From Candidatus Xenobia bacterium (GTDB lineage: Bacteria > Vulcanimicrobiota > Xenobia > Xenobiales > QWHO01): a stretch of 64,000 bases of DNA. The notes beneath the pieces are model-generated. The model was not told where the DNA came from, searched no databases, and was given only the letters and a program-made list of their open reading frames with translations. Both the position numbers and the translations under genes were made by a program. The stretch lies in the NCBI GenBank assembly GCA_045863235.1, contig BTUM01000010.1, positions 32,001-96,000 of the forward strand. Reading direction: 5' to 3'. Below, in pieces: positions 28,495-38,459 of the stretch. Position 1 is the stretch's first letter; each line of letters begins with the position of its first letter.

Positions 28495-30854
28495 TCCCCC
28501 CGGGTGCCCAGCACCTGGGCGGGGTTGAGCCGGAAGATCTGGCGCAGGGGCAGGATGATCCCGGCCAGGCTGAGCAGCAGGCTGATGCCGGCCACCTGGA
28601 GCAGCGTCTTCGGTTGCAGAGCAAAGCTCAACTGAATCAGGTCACTCTGGTAGCTGTTCACCAGCCAGGCTCCCAGCGCCAGACCGGCGGGGATGCCCAC
28701 GGCCAGGCCGGCCAGCCACAGGAGCAGGGTCTCCACCACCAGCATCCTGGCCAGGATCTCATAGCGCACCCCCAGCACCAGCATGGTCACCAGCTCGTGG
28801 GTTCGCTCGGACAGATTCATCGTGGTGGTGCCCATGACCAGGGCCACCGCCAGGATGCCGGAGAAAGCAAACATCAGCCCTTCGTAGCTGGTCAACATGC
28901 GCAGGAGGTCGTCGATGTCGCCGACCATGTCGGCAAGATTGATCACCTGGGCGACCTGACCATGCTCGAGAAGTCGCCGGGCCAGGGTTCTGGCCGTGCC
29001 GGGCTGGCAGCGAACGAGCAACGTATTGACCCCGTCCGGGGGCATCGGCTCGGTCCGGGCCAGCTGCTGCTGGAGCCGGGGCAGGGCCAGCTTGAACGGG
29101 TTGCTGAGGGGCTCGAGCAGCACCGGCCCGACGCTGTAAGTGACCGGGCGAGCATCGCGAGGCGTGGTCATCCTCAGAGTGACCCGATCGCCGGGACGAA
29201 CTCCAAGCTGGCGGGCCAGAATCGGTCCCATGGTCAACTGGTCCTCGAACTGGACTGGCCGGCCCTGAAGGTCCAGAAGACGCAGCAACTGCGCCTGCTC
29301 GGGCACACCCCAGACGCTCCGTTCCACGAAGGCGGAATCCGAATCCACCCGGGAATGGCAGCGCAGGTAGTGCTCCACCCGCTCCACTCCCTTCCAACGG
29401 GAGATCGCGGGCAGGTCGGCCGGGCCGTAGATTCCACTCAAATTGACCTGGAGATCGTAGCGATGCACCTGGCTGAGGTAGTACTGCAAGGTGGAGGCCT
29501 GCCCGTCCAGAAAGGCGAGAGTCATCACGATCTGGGCCACTCCCGAGGCGATCCCCAGGACGCCGGCCAGAGTGCGCAGCGGGTGGCGCAAGAGGTTGCG
29601 TAGAGGCAGGCGAACGAGGTAGGGAAGACCGGCAAACCAGGCTCGCCCCGCTCGGACGGGCTCAAACTCGGCACGCAGGGCCTCCACCACCGGCAGGTTG
29701 ACGACCCGGCGCGTGGCCAGCCAGCCTGCCACGAGGCTGGAGCCCAGCGCCAGCCCGGCGGCCACCAGGTACCACCACGGATACAGGCTGGTCCGCACGA
29801 ACGGGATGCCCAGAACATCGCTGTAGAGGCGAGTGCAGAAGTCGGCCAACCAGCAGCCGGCCCCGATCCCCACCACCCCGGCCAGCAAGCCCAGACTGGC
29901 GCACATGCTGGCGTAGAGCCCCAGGCACTGCCACCGGGAGAACCCCAGGGCCATCAGAATGCCGATCTGACGGCGTTGCTGATTGACCACCTGCCAGAAG
30001 GCAACGAACAGAAAGAGCGAGCTCAGGGTCAAAAACAGCGACGGGAACAAGACCGCCATGGCCGCGAACGCATCCTGATCGCGCACCAGCATAGAGTAGG
30101 AGGGCTGCTGCTCCCTCATCACGGCCGGCCCGAAGAGATAGCGCTCGGCCACGGATTCGGCAGCCCGGGCCACGGCCTCCCGGTCGGCTCCCGGTCGAAT
30201 GCGAACGTGAATCTGGTGGAAACCGGCCTGGTGAGACAGTCCCTCCACCTCGCCGGGAGCACCAAAGAGGATGGCCAGGTTGCGGGCCGAGGGAATGGGG
30301 TCCTGACGGTCCTCGGCCAGCCAGATGTACTCCGGGGTGCTGACCAGACCGACCACCCGGAAGGAGGCGCGGTCCCGAACACCCTCAAATCGCAAGGTGT
30401 CTCCCAGATGAATCTGGTGGGCGGCAGCAAAGCGACGCTCCAACAAGACCTCACCCCGCCCCAAACGAAGAAGTCGCCCCTGGTGGAGGTGAACCCGGTT
30501 CACCTGCCCCTCACTGCCCGGCGGCAGACCGTGCAGGCGAGCCCGCGCATAGCGAAGGCGTCCTCTGGCGTCGCTGCCGACCACCACGCGCCCGCCGATC
30601 ACCTGGCGACCGGTGGCCACGGCCACGCCCGGCAACTGGCGAATTCGCTCCAGCACGGCCAGCGGCGCGCCCTCGACCTCCAGGGTGAAGTCCAGAAAGG
30701 CCAGTCGCTGATAGGTCAGCTCGGTGGAGAGCCGGAGGTTGAGAAAGGAAGAGTAGAAGGCTACGAAAAGGCAGACGGCCATCGTGATGATCAGCCAGGC
30801 TGCCCCAAAGGGGAGCCAGTGCTGGCGCAGGTCGCGCCAGCCCTTCAAGAGCAA
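28491..30854 (-). CDS. ABC transporter permease, duplicated MacB-PCD/FtsX type
   Basis: Two repeats with QRRQIGILMALGF and ERTHELVTMLVLG, multiple TM helices. Confidence 0.88.
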   Translation of the reverse strand: MLLKGWRDLRQHWLPFGAAWLIITMAVCLFVAFYSSFLNLRLSTELTYQRLAFLDFTLEVEGAPLAVLERIRQLPGVAVATGRQVIGGRVVVGSDARGRLRYARARLHGLPPGSEGQVNRVHLHQGRLLRLGRGEVLLERRFAAAHQIHLGDTLRFEGVRDRASFRVVGLVSTPEYIWLAEDRQDPIPSARNLAILFGAPGEVEGLSHQAGFHQIHVRIRPGADREAVARAAESVAERYLFGPAVMREQQPSYSMLVRDQDAFAAMAVLFPSLFLTLSSLFLFVAFWQVVNQQRRQIGILMALGFSRWQCLGLYASMCASLGLLAGVVGIGAGCWLADFCTRLYSDVLGIPFVRTSLYPWWYLVAAGLALGSSLVAGWLATRRVVNLPVVEALRAEFEPVRAGRAWFAGLPYLVRLPLRNLLRHPLRTLAGVLGIASGVAQIVMTLAFLDGQASTLQYYLSQVHRYDLQVNLSGIYGPADLPAISRWKGVERVEHYLRCHSRVDSDSAFVERSVWGVPEQAQLLRLLDLQGRPVQFEDQLTMGPILARQLGVRPGDRVTLRMTTPRDARPVTYSVGPVLLEPLSNPFKLALPRLQQQLARTEPMPPDGVNTLLVRCQPGTARTLARRLLEHGQVAQVINLADMVGDIDDLLRMLTSYEGLMFAFSGILAVALVMGTTTMNLSERTHELVTMLVLGVRYEILARMLVVETLLLWLAGLAVGIPAGLALGAWLVNSYQSDLIQLSFALQPKTLLQVAGISLLLSLAGIILPLRQIFRLNPAQVLGTRGD

Positions 30855-30868
30855 GCGGGGCAGCCTGA

Positions 30869-31126
30869 TCAGTGGCTTTGGGAGCGCGCGCGCATCAGGT
30901 CCTGCAGGTCGCCGATGGTTCTCAGGTTATCGATGTCGCTGTGCTCGAGCGTGACCCCGAGATTCTCCTCCAGGATGATCACCATCTCTACCAGTGTGAT
31001 CGAGTCCATGCCCAGATCGCGAATGGCCTGGCTCCTGGTCAGAGTGCCAACCTCCGGGAGAGCGACATGCTTGAGGGCATCGCGCAAGGCCTCGAGAAAT
31101 TGCGGGTCAAGGGGCTCCTCGCTCAT
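30869..31126 (-). CDS. acyl carrier protein
   Basis: DLGMDSITLVEMVIILEENLGV, TIGDL. Confidence 0.88.
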   Translation of the reverse strand: MSEEPLDPQFLEALRDALKHVALPEVGTLTRSQAIRDLGMDSITLVEMVIILEENLGVTLEHSDIDNLRTIGDLQDLMRARSQSH

Positions 31127-31186
31127 GGGAGCTGAGGTTTCTCGCCCAGACACACTGCCCCCTCTTTGCTCGAGTCGAAGATGCGT

Positions 31187-32275
31187 TTAGCGCAGCGCGG
31201 GCTTCTCCAGCACGCGATAGATTTTGTAGCGGCGGCCGCCCAGAATCCGGGCCAGGCTGTTCATGGGCTGGTTGTCCTCCAGCACCCAGGACACCTCCAG
31301 GGCCCGCCATTTCACGCGCACTCCCTCGCTCAAGACAGCGTTCGCCAGGGCACCGGCCACCATGGCTCCGGAGAGATCGGCGCCGAGGTCGCGCCGCACC
31401 CCCAGCGCATAGCCGCGGAAGCGGTCAATGGACTTGCGCCCCCAGAGGTAACGCAGCACGAAGCCAGGTGTGATGCGGCCTCGGGAGGCCTTGATGAGGG
31501 GGTTGTAGTTGGGGAGCAAGAACAGGCTCCCGACCTCCCGACCCTCATAGCTGGCCAGCCAGACCAGTTTCGGATCGAGAAAGTAGCGAGTCAAAAGCAG
31601 CAAGGCCTGCACCTGCTCCTCATCGATCGGCTCGAAACCCCAGTTCCCTGACAGCGCGCTGTCAAAGACCTCAGCCATGCTACGAACGTCCTCGGTGAGG
31701 CGCGAGCGATTGAGCGTGCGCACCTCGACCCCGCACTGCTCGGCTCGCTGGGCCGCCCTCCGGGCCACCTCGAGACGCGCGCTGTCGGGAAGGATCTCGT
31801 AGGCATAGAGGTCTTTGAGCTTGTGCATCCCGGCCTGCTCGAGATACTCGAGATAGTAGGCCGGGTTGTAAGGCATCAGGAAGTAAGGCTCGTACTCGAA
31901 GCCCTCCACCAGAAGGCCGCTGTAGGACTCCTCCAGACGGAAGTGGTACGGTCCTCGCATGGGAAGCTGAGGAGCCAGTTGGTGAGCTTCCTCCAACAGC
32001 CTGACCAGAGCCTCGCGGTGACCCTGAACGCACTCCAAGAAGCCAAAGTGCAACGCATCCCCGTGGATCTTCACTCCCACCCGGGCTACCGGCTCTCCGT
32101 CCTCCAGAGCCAGGAGAAAACGCCTCTCCGGGTCGCGCAGCCGCCCCATCAGCTGGCGCAGGTGCATCCAGACCGGAGGGACCCAGAGCGTGGCCGGGTC
32201 GCTGTGGACTCGCCAGGAGAGGTCCATGAAACGTCGTACCTGGGACTGGCGGATCACGGGCACGATCTTCAGCAT
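31187..32275 (-). CDS. YghO-family GNAT acyltransferase, resembling bacterial ceramide synthase (bCerS)
   Basis: FMDLSWRVHSDP..WVPP, FGFLEC, MRGP, GLLVEGF..P.FLMPYNPAYY, NWGFEP, LPNYN, LGV, SWVLEDNQPM, YKIYRV. Confidence 0.75.
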   Translation of the reverse strand: MLKIVPVIRQSQVRRFMDLSWRVHSDPATLWVPPVWMHLRQLMGRLRDPERRFLLALEDGEPVARVGVKIHGDALHFGFLECVQGHREALVRLLEEAHQLAPQLPMRGPYHFRLEESYSGLLVEGFEYEPYFLMPYNPAYYLEYLEQAGMHKLKDLYAYEILPDSARLEVARRAAQRAEQCGVEVRTLNRSRLTEDVRSMAEVFDSALSGNWGFEPIDEEQVQALLLLTRYFLDPKLVWLASYEGREVGSLFLLPNYNPLIKASRGRITPGFVLRYLWGRKSIDRFRGYALGVRRDLGADLSGAMVAGALANAVLSEGVRVKWRALEVSWVLEDNQPMNSLARILGGRRYKIYRVLEKPALR

Positions 32276-33435
32276 GAAACACCTCGTGCGACCCGGGCAT
32301 ACTGATCGAGAAGGTCACGGCACAGGTCGTCCCATTGCTGGGTCCTGGCAAAGGCGGCCGCACGCTCGCCAAAGGTCCTGCGCCGCTCCGGGTTGTCCAC
32401 CAGCTCCTCGATCCTGGCGCAAAAGTCCTCCACGTCCCTGGGCACGGCATGATAGCCGTCCACGGCGTCGTGCACGACGTCCCTGGGCCCGCCGCAAGCG
32501 GCCACCACGCAGGGAAGTCCGCTGGCCATAGCCTCCAGGACCACGTTGCTGAAGGTGTCGGTCATGGAAGGCTGGACGAAGACATCGGCCGAGGCATACA
32601 TCCGGGCCAGCTCGGTCCCCTTCAGCCGGCCGGTGAAGACCGCTCGAGGCATCAGGCGCCGAAGCTCGCGCTCGCGTCTTCCGGTCCCGGTGACCACCAT
32701 GCGGATGTCAGGCCGGGTGGCCTGAAACCGCTCGTAAATGCCGGCCAGGGTGTGCAGCTCTTTCTCCCAGACCAGCCGGCCCACGAAGAGCACTCTCCGG
32801 GTGGCCGGGCCGCACAGGTCGTCGGCGTACGCGAGGTCGCGCCGGCCGGGGTGGAAGAGCTCGGTGTCCACTCCCCTGCCCCAGACCGCCAGGCGACCCG
32901 CCTCGATGCCAACCTGCACCAGCTCCGAGCGAATGGAAGGAGTGGGGACAAAGAGCCGGTCGCAGCGATTGTAGAGCTTGCGCATGAACCACTCGAACAG
33001 CCTCTTCGATTGCATTCCCAGCCGGGGCCATCGCCTGAAGTAATAAGGAAAGTAGGACAGGAAGTGGGTGTGATAGATGGACACCACCGGGATGCCCCTG
33101 CGCTTGCCATAGCTCAGGGCATACCAGCCGAGAAAGGAGGGCGAGCTGAAGTGGACGAGGTCAGGGGCGAACGCGTCCAGCCTCTGGCCCAGCCTGCGGT
33201 TGAAGAAGGGCCAGCTGAGAGGGGCATCGTCGTGAAAGGGATTGATGAGCCGGGGCACGACCAGCACCGGAAAGGGCAGTCGCACTCCCGGTGAAGGGGG
33301 GTAGCCGGTGACCAGCAACAAGTCGACGCTGGAGGCGGGTACCCGCTGGATGAGAGAGTGAAGGGTGTGGGTTACGCCGTCCACGCCCTCCTTCAGGATA
33401 TCCGAGAAAAGAGCCAGTTTAAGCCGTTCTGACAA
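32269..33435 (-). CDS. GT4 glycosyltransferase (MgtA/PimB-like)
   Basis: DGVTHT, YHTHF, WGRGVDTELFHP, FVGRL..EK, YASADVFVQPSMTDTFSNVVLEAMASGLP. Confidence 0.9.
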   Translation of the reverse strand: MSERLKLALFSDILKEGVDGVTHTLHSLIQRVPASSVDLLLVTGYPPSPGVRLPFPVLVVPRLINPFHDDAPLSWPFFNRRLGQRLDAFAPDLVHFSSPSFLGWYALSYGKRRGIPVVSIYHTHFLSYFPYYFRRWPRLGMQSKRLFEWFMRKLYNRCDRLFVPTPSIRSELVQVGIEAGRLAVWGRGVDTELFHPGRRDLAYADDLCGPATRRVLFVGRLVWEKELHTLAGIYERFQATRPDIRMVVTGTGRRERELRRLMPRAVFTGRLKGTELARMYASADVFVQPSMTDTFSNVVLEAMASGLPCVVAACGGPRDVVHDAVDGYHAVPRDVEDFCARIEELVDNPERRRTFGERAAAFARTQQWDDLCRDLLDQYARVARGVSC

Positions 33436-33526
33436 GCTGGAGCCTTCGAACGGCAACCGCGGCCTCCTGCAGGAGCGCTCCCCCCAAGCAGGAATCGAGC
33501 CTCTGCAACGGGAGCGGTCGATTCTC

Positions 33527-34690
33527 TTGAAAGTCCTGGACATCACCGAGTTCTATTCCGAACGAGGAGGGGGAGTGCGCAGCCATCTGACGCTGCGGGG
33601 CCGCGCACTGGGCGAGCTGGGGGTGGAGCAAGTGGTGGTGGCGCCCGGGCCGCGCGAGGAGGAAGCTCAAGGGGCGCTCTCGCGATTGATCAGGCTGCGC
33701 GGGCCGTCACTCCCCTATGATCCGACCTACCATCTGCTCGTCCGCCTGGACCGACTTCGTCAGGTCGTCAAACGCGAACGACCCGACGTGCTCGAGATTC
33801 ACTCGCCCTACCTGGCCGCCCTGGCGGCGCTGTCGATTCCACGCGCCTACTTTGGAATTCGCACCTTCGTGTGGCACTCCGACTTCATCGACACGCACCT
33901 GGGCCCCTGGCTTTCCCGGCGGTTGCCAGCCCCGCTGATGGGAGCCTTCCGGGCCACGATGTGGGCTCTGGTGCGCTCCCTGGCGGCCCGCTGCGAGGCC
34001 ACCTTCGTGGCCGGGCAGGGCCAGGCGGCCAAGCTGCGCTCCCATGGCGTGCCCCGGGTGGTGCACCATCCCTTCGGGATCGACCGGGCCACCTTCTCAC
34101 CGGCGGCGCGAGACGAGGCCCTGAGGAACCGGATGCTGGAGGGGTCCCCGCCCGGGTCGAAGCTGCTGGTCGGAGTGGGACGCTTTGCGGTTGAGAAGCA
34201 GTGGGACGTGGTCATCGAAGCCTTTGCCCGAGTCAGAGCCAGGCATCCGGCCGTGCTGGTGCTCTTCGGCGACGGTCCGGAGCGAAGAGCGCTGGAGCTT
34301 CTCGCCCGGGAGGTCGCCGGGATCCGTTTCGCCGGCTTTTCGCACGACCGTGTCCAGCTGGCCGCCGCGCTGGCAAGCGCCGACCTCCTGGTCCACGGAT
34401 GCCCCTTTGAGACCTTCGGACTGGCCGTGGCCGAGGCCCTGGCCTGCGGCACCCCCGTGGTCGTTCCGGATCAGGGTGGAGCGCAAGAGTTGGCCGGGGA
34501 GGCCGTCGCTGAGCGCTACCGGGCCGGGAGCGCCCTGGCTTGCGCGGCCGCCATCGAGCGGATGCTGGAGCGGGACGAGGCGAGCCTGCGCCAGGCGGGA
34601 GAGACCGCATCCCAGAGCATTCCGGAAGTACGCGAGCAGAACATTCGGCAGCTGGAAACCTACCGCAGGCTGCTCCAGAAGGGCGCCTAG
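33527..34690 (+). CDS. GT4 glycosyltransferase
   Basis: LKVLDITEFYSERGGGVRS, VGRFAVEK, GDGP, ASADLLVHGCPFETFGLAVAEALACGTP. Confidence 0.9.
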   Translation: MKVLDITEFYSERGGGVRSHLTLRGRALGELGVEQVVVAPGPREEEAQGALSRLIRLRGPSLPYDPTYHLLVRLDRLRQVVKRERPDVLEIHSPYLAALAALSIPRAYFGIRTFVWHSDFIDTHLGPWLSRRLPAPLMGAFRATMWALVRSLAARCEATFVAGQGQAAKLRSHGVPRVVHHPFGIDRATFSPAARDEALRNRMLEGSPPGSKLLVGVGRFAVEKQWDVVIEAFARVRARHPAVLVLFGDGPERRALELLAREVAGIRFAGFSHDRVQLAAALASADLLVHGCPFETFGLAVAEALACGTPVVVPDQGGAQELAGEAVAERYRAGSALACAAAIERMLERDEASLRQAGETASQSIPEVREQNIRQLETYRRLLQKGA

Positions 34691-34691
34691 C

Positions 34692-35429
34692 TTGCGGGTC
34701 CATGTCTCGCTGCACGATGTCTCCCCGGTCTTTGAAGCGGAAGTCGAAGCGGCTCTGGACCTGTGTCAAAAGGTTGGAGCCCGTCCGGCGCTGCTGGTAG
34801 TTCCCAACTATCACGGACGCTCGCCCCTGCGCGAGGCCCCGGCCTATTGCCAGCGGCTGCGCTCACTGCAGTCCGAAGGCCACGAGATCTACCTGCACGG
34901 ATACCTGCACCGTTGCCGCAGCGAGGCTGGTGCCCGGGGTGACGGACGGCCGGGCCCCTTGCGCCGCCTGATCGCCCAGCGAGTGGTCTCGGCCGGCGAG
35001 GCCGAGTTCAGCGACCTCAGTCGGCAGGAGGCCGCCGAGCGACTGGACCGAGGGCTGGCGGACTTGCGAGAGGTGGGACTTCGTATCGACGGCTTCGTTC
35101 CTCCGGCCTGGTCGATGCCGGGCTGGGTGCACGGACTTCTGGCCGAACGGCGGGTCGGCTTCACCGAGGATCACTTCCGGGTGGTGGATCCGACCAGCGG
35201 CTCCACCCGACTGACCGTGCTGCTCAACTACGCCAGCCGGACGCGGCTTCGACTGTATTCCACCGTCTGTTACTGCCGTCTGGCCCGCTATGCGGGCTGG
35301 CTGCTCCCGGCGCGCATCGCCATTCATCCGCAGGACCTGCGTGTTCCCCTGCTGCAGCGCGAGATTGTCGGTTTGCTCAACTGGGCGGCAGGCCGGCTGG
35401 TGCACCGGGGACGAGACCTGCTGGGCTAA
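34692..35429 (+). CDS. polysaccharide deacetylase-like protein (DUF2334/CE4-like)
   Basis: VSLHDVSP, LLVVP, IYLHGYLH, GEAEF, GFVPPAW, RIAIHPQD. Confidence 0.85.
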   Translation: MRVHVSLHDVSPVFEAEVEAALDLCQKVGARPALLVVPNYHGRSPLREAPAYCQRLRSLQSEGHEIYLHGYLHRCRSEAGARGDGRPGPLRRLIAQRVVSAGEAEFSDLSRQEAAERLDRGLADLREVGLRIDGFVPPAWSMPGWVHGLLAERRVGFTEDHFRVVDPTSGSTRLTVLLNYASRTRLRLYSTVCYCRLARYAGWLLPARIAIHPQDLRVPLLQREIVGLLNWAAGRLVHRGRDLLG

Positions 35430-36745
35430 GATTGTCGACCGCTCCTGTCGTCGCTGAGTTTGGTTTGCAGGCGCACCCAGAAGACGACGGCCACCACCAG
35501 GTGCACGAGGGAGGTCGAGAGCGCGATCCCCGCCAGACCGAGTGGGCCGACGAGGAGCGCATTGAGCAGCACGTTGAGCCCGGCATTGAGCAGCCCCATG
35601 GAGACCATGATGCGGCTGTTCTGGAGGGCCACGTGGGCGCGCGCGAGGATGAGCAGGGCGCCGAAGGGAGGCACCCCGACCAGCGCCCAGGGTAAGATCG
35701 CAGCCATCCGCTCGACCCCGGACGCATCCATGCTCCCGTGCAGGAAAGCCAGACGAAGCAGCGGGACCCGAAGCCAGAACAGCGCAAGGCTGGCGACCGT
35801 CAAGAGAGCGCAGACCGTCAGCAGCGACCGCCGCAGGGTCTGCTCGAACCGCTCCAGGGAGCGGTCGGCCACGCTGTGAGACAGATGAGACAAGAGCACC
35901 GTCAGGACGGTTGCCTGGGCCAGGGAGTTTGGGACCGAGGCCACATCGGTTGCGTAGCGCAGCAGTGTGCCTCCCCCCACGATCGAGACGAAGCCGGCAA
36001 AGACCTGGTCGATAAAGGGGTTGATGCGGGTCACCGTGGTGCCGGCCACCTCCGAGCCCAGAAGTCCAGCCAGTCGCCGAACCGGCTCGGGACGAGCCAG
36101 AGAAAGCCGCAGTCGAATGGCGGCCGGACCGAGCGCCAGGCCGGCCAGCAGAGCGGCAGCCAGCAACTCGCCCAGCAGCATTCCCGTGGGGACGGCCAGG
36201 ATCCCCAGCCGAAAGCGAGCCAGAGCGACGAAGATCAGGCAGACCAGAATGCCCAGGCCACTCGAGACCGGGTAGGCAAAATACCAGCTTCGGACATTGA
36301 GCAGCCCGACCAGAAAGGTCCGCAGGGTGAGTGCGACCAGGAAACACGAGAACAAGAGCACCAATGCGACTGCCAGCCCCAGTTTTGGCCCCTCGACAAA
36401 CAGCCACGCGGCGGCGATCGCGGCTCCCCCCAGGGCGGCCGCCAGGACCGGCCCGAAGACCAGCAGGTGACCCAGGACCGAGCCGGCCACAGCCGGAAAG
36501 AGGGACGGCTCACGCCGATCCAGCTCGATCAGCACTGGCATGAGGGCCGAGTCGTGAAATCCCGAGCTGAGCAGAGCCCCGGCAAAAGTGAAATAGGCCC
36601 AGAGGAGAAAAAAGAGGTCGGTTTCGTCCGTGCGGCCGAACCAGGCGGCCAGCAACAATGGAAACAGCAGCTCGCCACTTCGAAGGACGATCTGCACCGG
36701 CAGCAAAAGCAGCGCCGTGCGCGCCACAGCGGGAGGACCGGACAT
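35426..36745 (-). CDS. MurJ/MviN-like (MOP) lipid-linked oligosaccharide flippase
   Basis: AAWFG....D, about 12 TM helices, IDQVFAG, LRYA, GLAGIALSTS. Confidence 0.82.
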   Translation of the reverse strand: MSGPPAVARTALLLLPVQIVLRSGELLFPLLLAAWFGRTDETDLFFLLWAYFTFAGALLSSGFHDSALMPVLIELDRREPSLFPAVAGSVLGHLLVFGPVLAAALGGAAIAAAWLFVEGPKLGLAVALVLLFSCFLVALTLRTFLVGLLNVRSWYFAYPVSSGLGILVCLIFVALARFRLGILAVPTGMLLGELLAAALLAGLALGPAAIRLRLSLARPEPVRRLAGLLGSEVAGTTVTRINPFIDQVFAGFVSIVGGGTLLRYATDVASVPNSLAQATVLTVLLSHLSHSVADRSLERFEQTLRRSLLTVCALLTVASLALFWLRVPLLRLAFLHGSMDASGVERMAAILPWALVGVPPFGALLILARAHVALQNSRIMVSMGLLNAGLNVLLNALLVGPLGLAGIALSTSLVHLVVAVVFWVRLQTKLSDDRSGRQS

Positions 36746-36788
36746 CTTTCGAGCAACTGCGGCAGGTCCAGGGAAAACGCCTGCCTGG

Positions 36789-38459
36789 CTGCTGAGGTGG
36801 ACCGAGGGAGGCGCTCTGGCCTGGATTCTGGCAGCTGTTCTCCTGCTGCACCTCCCGGGCCTGGGCTGGGGCATCCCCGGTCCCGATGGCTGGGACGACG
36901 ACGGCGTGGCCCCGCGCGACTTTCTGGTGGGGGTCGTGCAGACCTATCAGCCGGGGGAGTTCTTCCGCTACCCGCCGGTGCATCTGTTGCTCCTGTCCTT
37001 CGTGACGCTCCCGATCTGGCTGGTGGGCGTCCTGAAGGCCACCGCCCTCACACCGCAAGCCCTCGTTCACGAATTCATCCAGCCGCCCTACATGACAATG
37101 TTCGCGGTCATCGCTCGCCTGGTCACGGTGCTGATGTCGCTGGGCGTGGTGGCCCTGATGGCCAGGCTGGGCGAGGAGGTTTACGATCGCCGGACGGGGC
37201 TGTTCGTGGCCATCGTGGTGGGACTGAACACGCCCTTCACTTACTACTCCCAGACCAGCAACCTGGAGGTGCCCTACCTGTTCTGGAGCCTGTTCGCGCT
37301 GGTCGAGCTGGCCCGAACCATAGTTCGCCATGAGCCCGGCCGCCTGCCCACCGTCGGGTTGCTGGCGGCCCTGGCCGTGGGCACGAAAGACCAGGCAGCC
37401 GCTCTGCTCTTTTGCATCCCCCTGGCCCTGGCGGGCTGGTTTGTCCTTGACCCGTGGCCCCGCAACGAGTCGAGGCGGGTGCTCGGGAAGCTTGCCCGGG
37501 CTGCTCTGATAGCCCTTTCTAGCCTGGCCCTGCTCGATGGCGCTCTGGTCAATCCCCACGGCTTTGCCGCTCGAATCCGCTTTCTTCTTGGCAGCGGCAG
37601 TCAAGACCACGCCCTCTACCCGGACTCGTGGGCCGGCTACGCCGGTGTCCTGGGCGACAGTCTCCTCAGCTTTGGCTCGTTTTATCCCTGGCCGTTCCTG
37701 CTCTTGATCGTCTGGGGCCTGCTGCTGCACCTGGGCCAACGCAGGCCTGGCAACCAACTCGTAGCCGGTCTGCTACCCCTTCTTGCTGCTCTGTCCCTGA
37801 CCCTGGCCTTCAACTGCCTGGTCCGTCGCACCGAGCATCGCTTCCTGCTCCCTCAGACCATGCTACTCGGCTTCTACGCCGGACTCGCCGTGAGCCGACT
37901 GGTTACGCTCAACCGACAGGCAGCCATGGTGGTGTTGGCCCCGCTGGGGGCCTGGGCACTATTCAACTGCCTGGCGGTGGACGCCAACCTCCTGCGCGAT
38001 CCCCGTTACGACGCCGAGGCCTGGCTTCAGGCCCACGTCCGACCAGGCGAGGTGATCGAGGTCTACGGCAACCAGGTATACTGGCCGCGGCTGCCTGCCT
38101 GGGCGCGCGTCGTGCGGGTCGACGACACAACCGTGGAGAGTCGCAGCGCGCTGCTCGAGGTGACCGAAATCCGGGCTCCCTACCAGGACGCGAGCCAACG
38201 CCGCCCCCGGTGGATCGTGGTCTCCGAGGTGTTCTCCTCGCGCTATCGCTCGCAGAGGACGAAGTTGGCGGCGGGCTACCGCCGGGACTCGGCGGCACGA
38301 GAATACTTCCAGCAACTCGAGCGCGGGCAGGCCGGCTACCGCGTGGCCCACGTCTCCAGGTTCGACTCGCGAGTCTGGCCCCGGGTCCAGATTCACGCCA
38401 GCACCGGCAACAATATCTGGATCTTCGAGCGCCTGGTCAGTGGCCAGCCAGCTCCATGA
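36789..38459 (+). CDS. GT-C fold membrane glycosyltransferase (ArnT/PMT-like)
   Basis: WGIPG..GWDDD acidic loop after TM1, RYPPVH, ARLVTV, LAVGTK, RFLLP; start codon uncertain. Confidence 0.72.
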   Translation: MLRWTEGGALAWILAAVLLLHLPGLGWGIPGPDGWDDDGVAPRDFLVGVVQTYQPGEFFRYPPVHLLLLSFVTLPIWLVGVLKATALTPQALVHEFIQPPYMTMFAVIARLVTVLMSLGVVALMARLGEEVYDRRTGLFVAIVVGLNTPFTYYSQTSNLEVPYLFWSLFALVELARTIVRHEPGRLPTVGLLAALAVGTKDQAAALLFCIPLALAGWFVLDPWPRNESRRVLGKLARAALIALSSLALLDGALVNPHGFAARIRFLLGSGSQDHALYPDSWAGYAGVLGDSLLSFGSFYPWPFLLLIVWGLLLHLGQRRPGNQLVAGLLPLLAALSLTLAFNCLVRRTEHRFLLPQTMLLGFYAGLAVSRLVTLNRQAAMVVLAPLGAWALFNCLAVDANLLRDPRYDAEAWLQAHVRPGEVIEVYGNQVYWPRLPAWARVVRVDDTTVESRSALLEVTEIRAPYQDASQRRPRWIVVSEVFSSRYRSQRTKLAAGYRRDSAAREYFQQLERGQAGYRVAHVSRFDSRVWPRVQIHASTGNNIWIFERLVSGQPAP

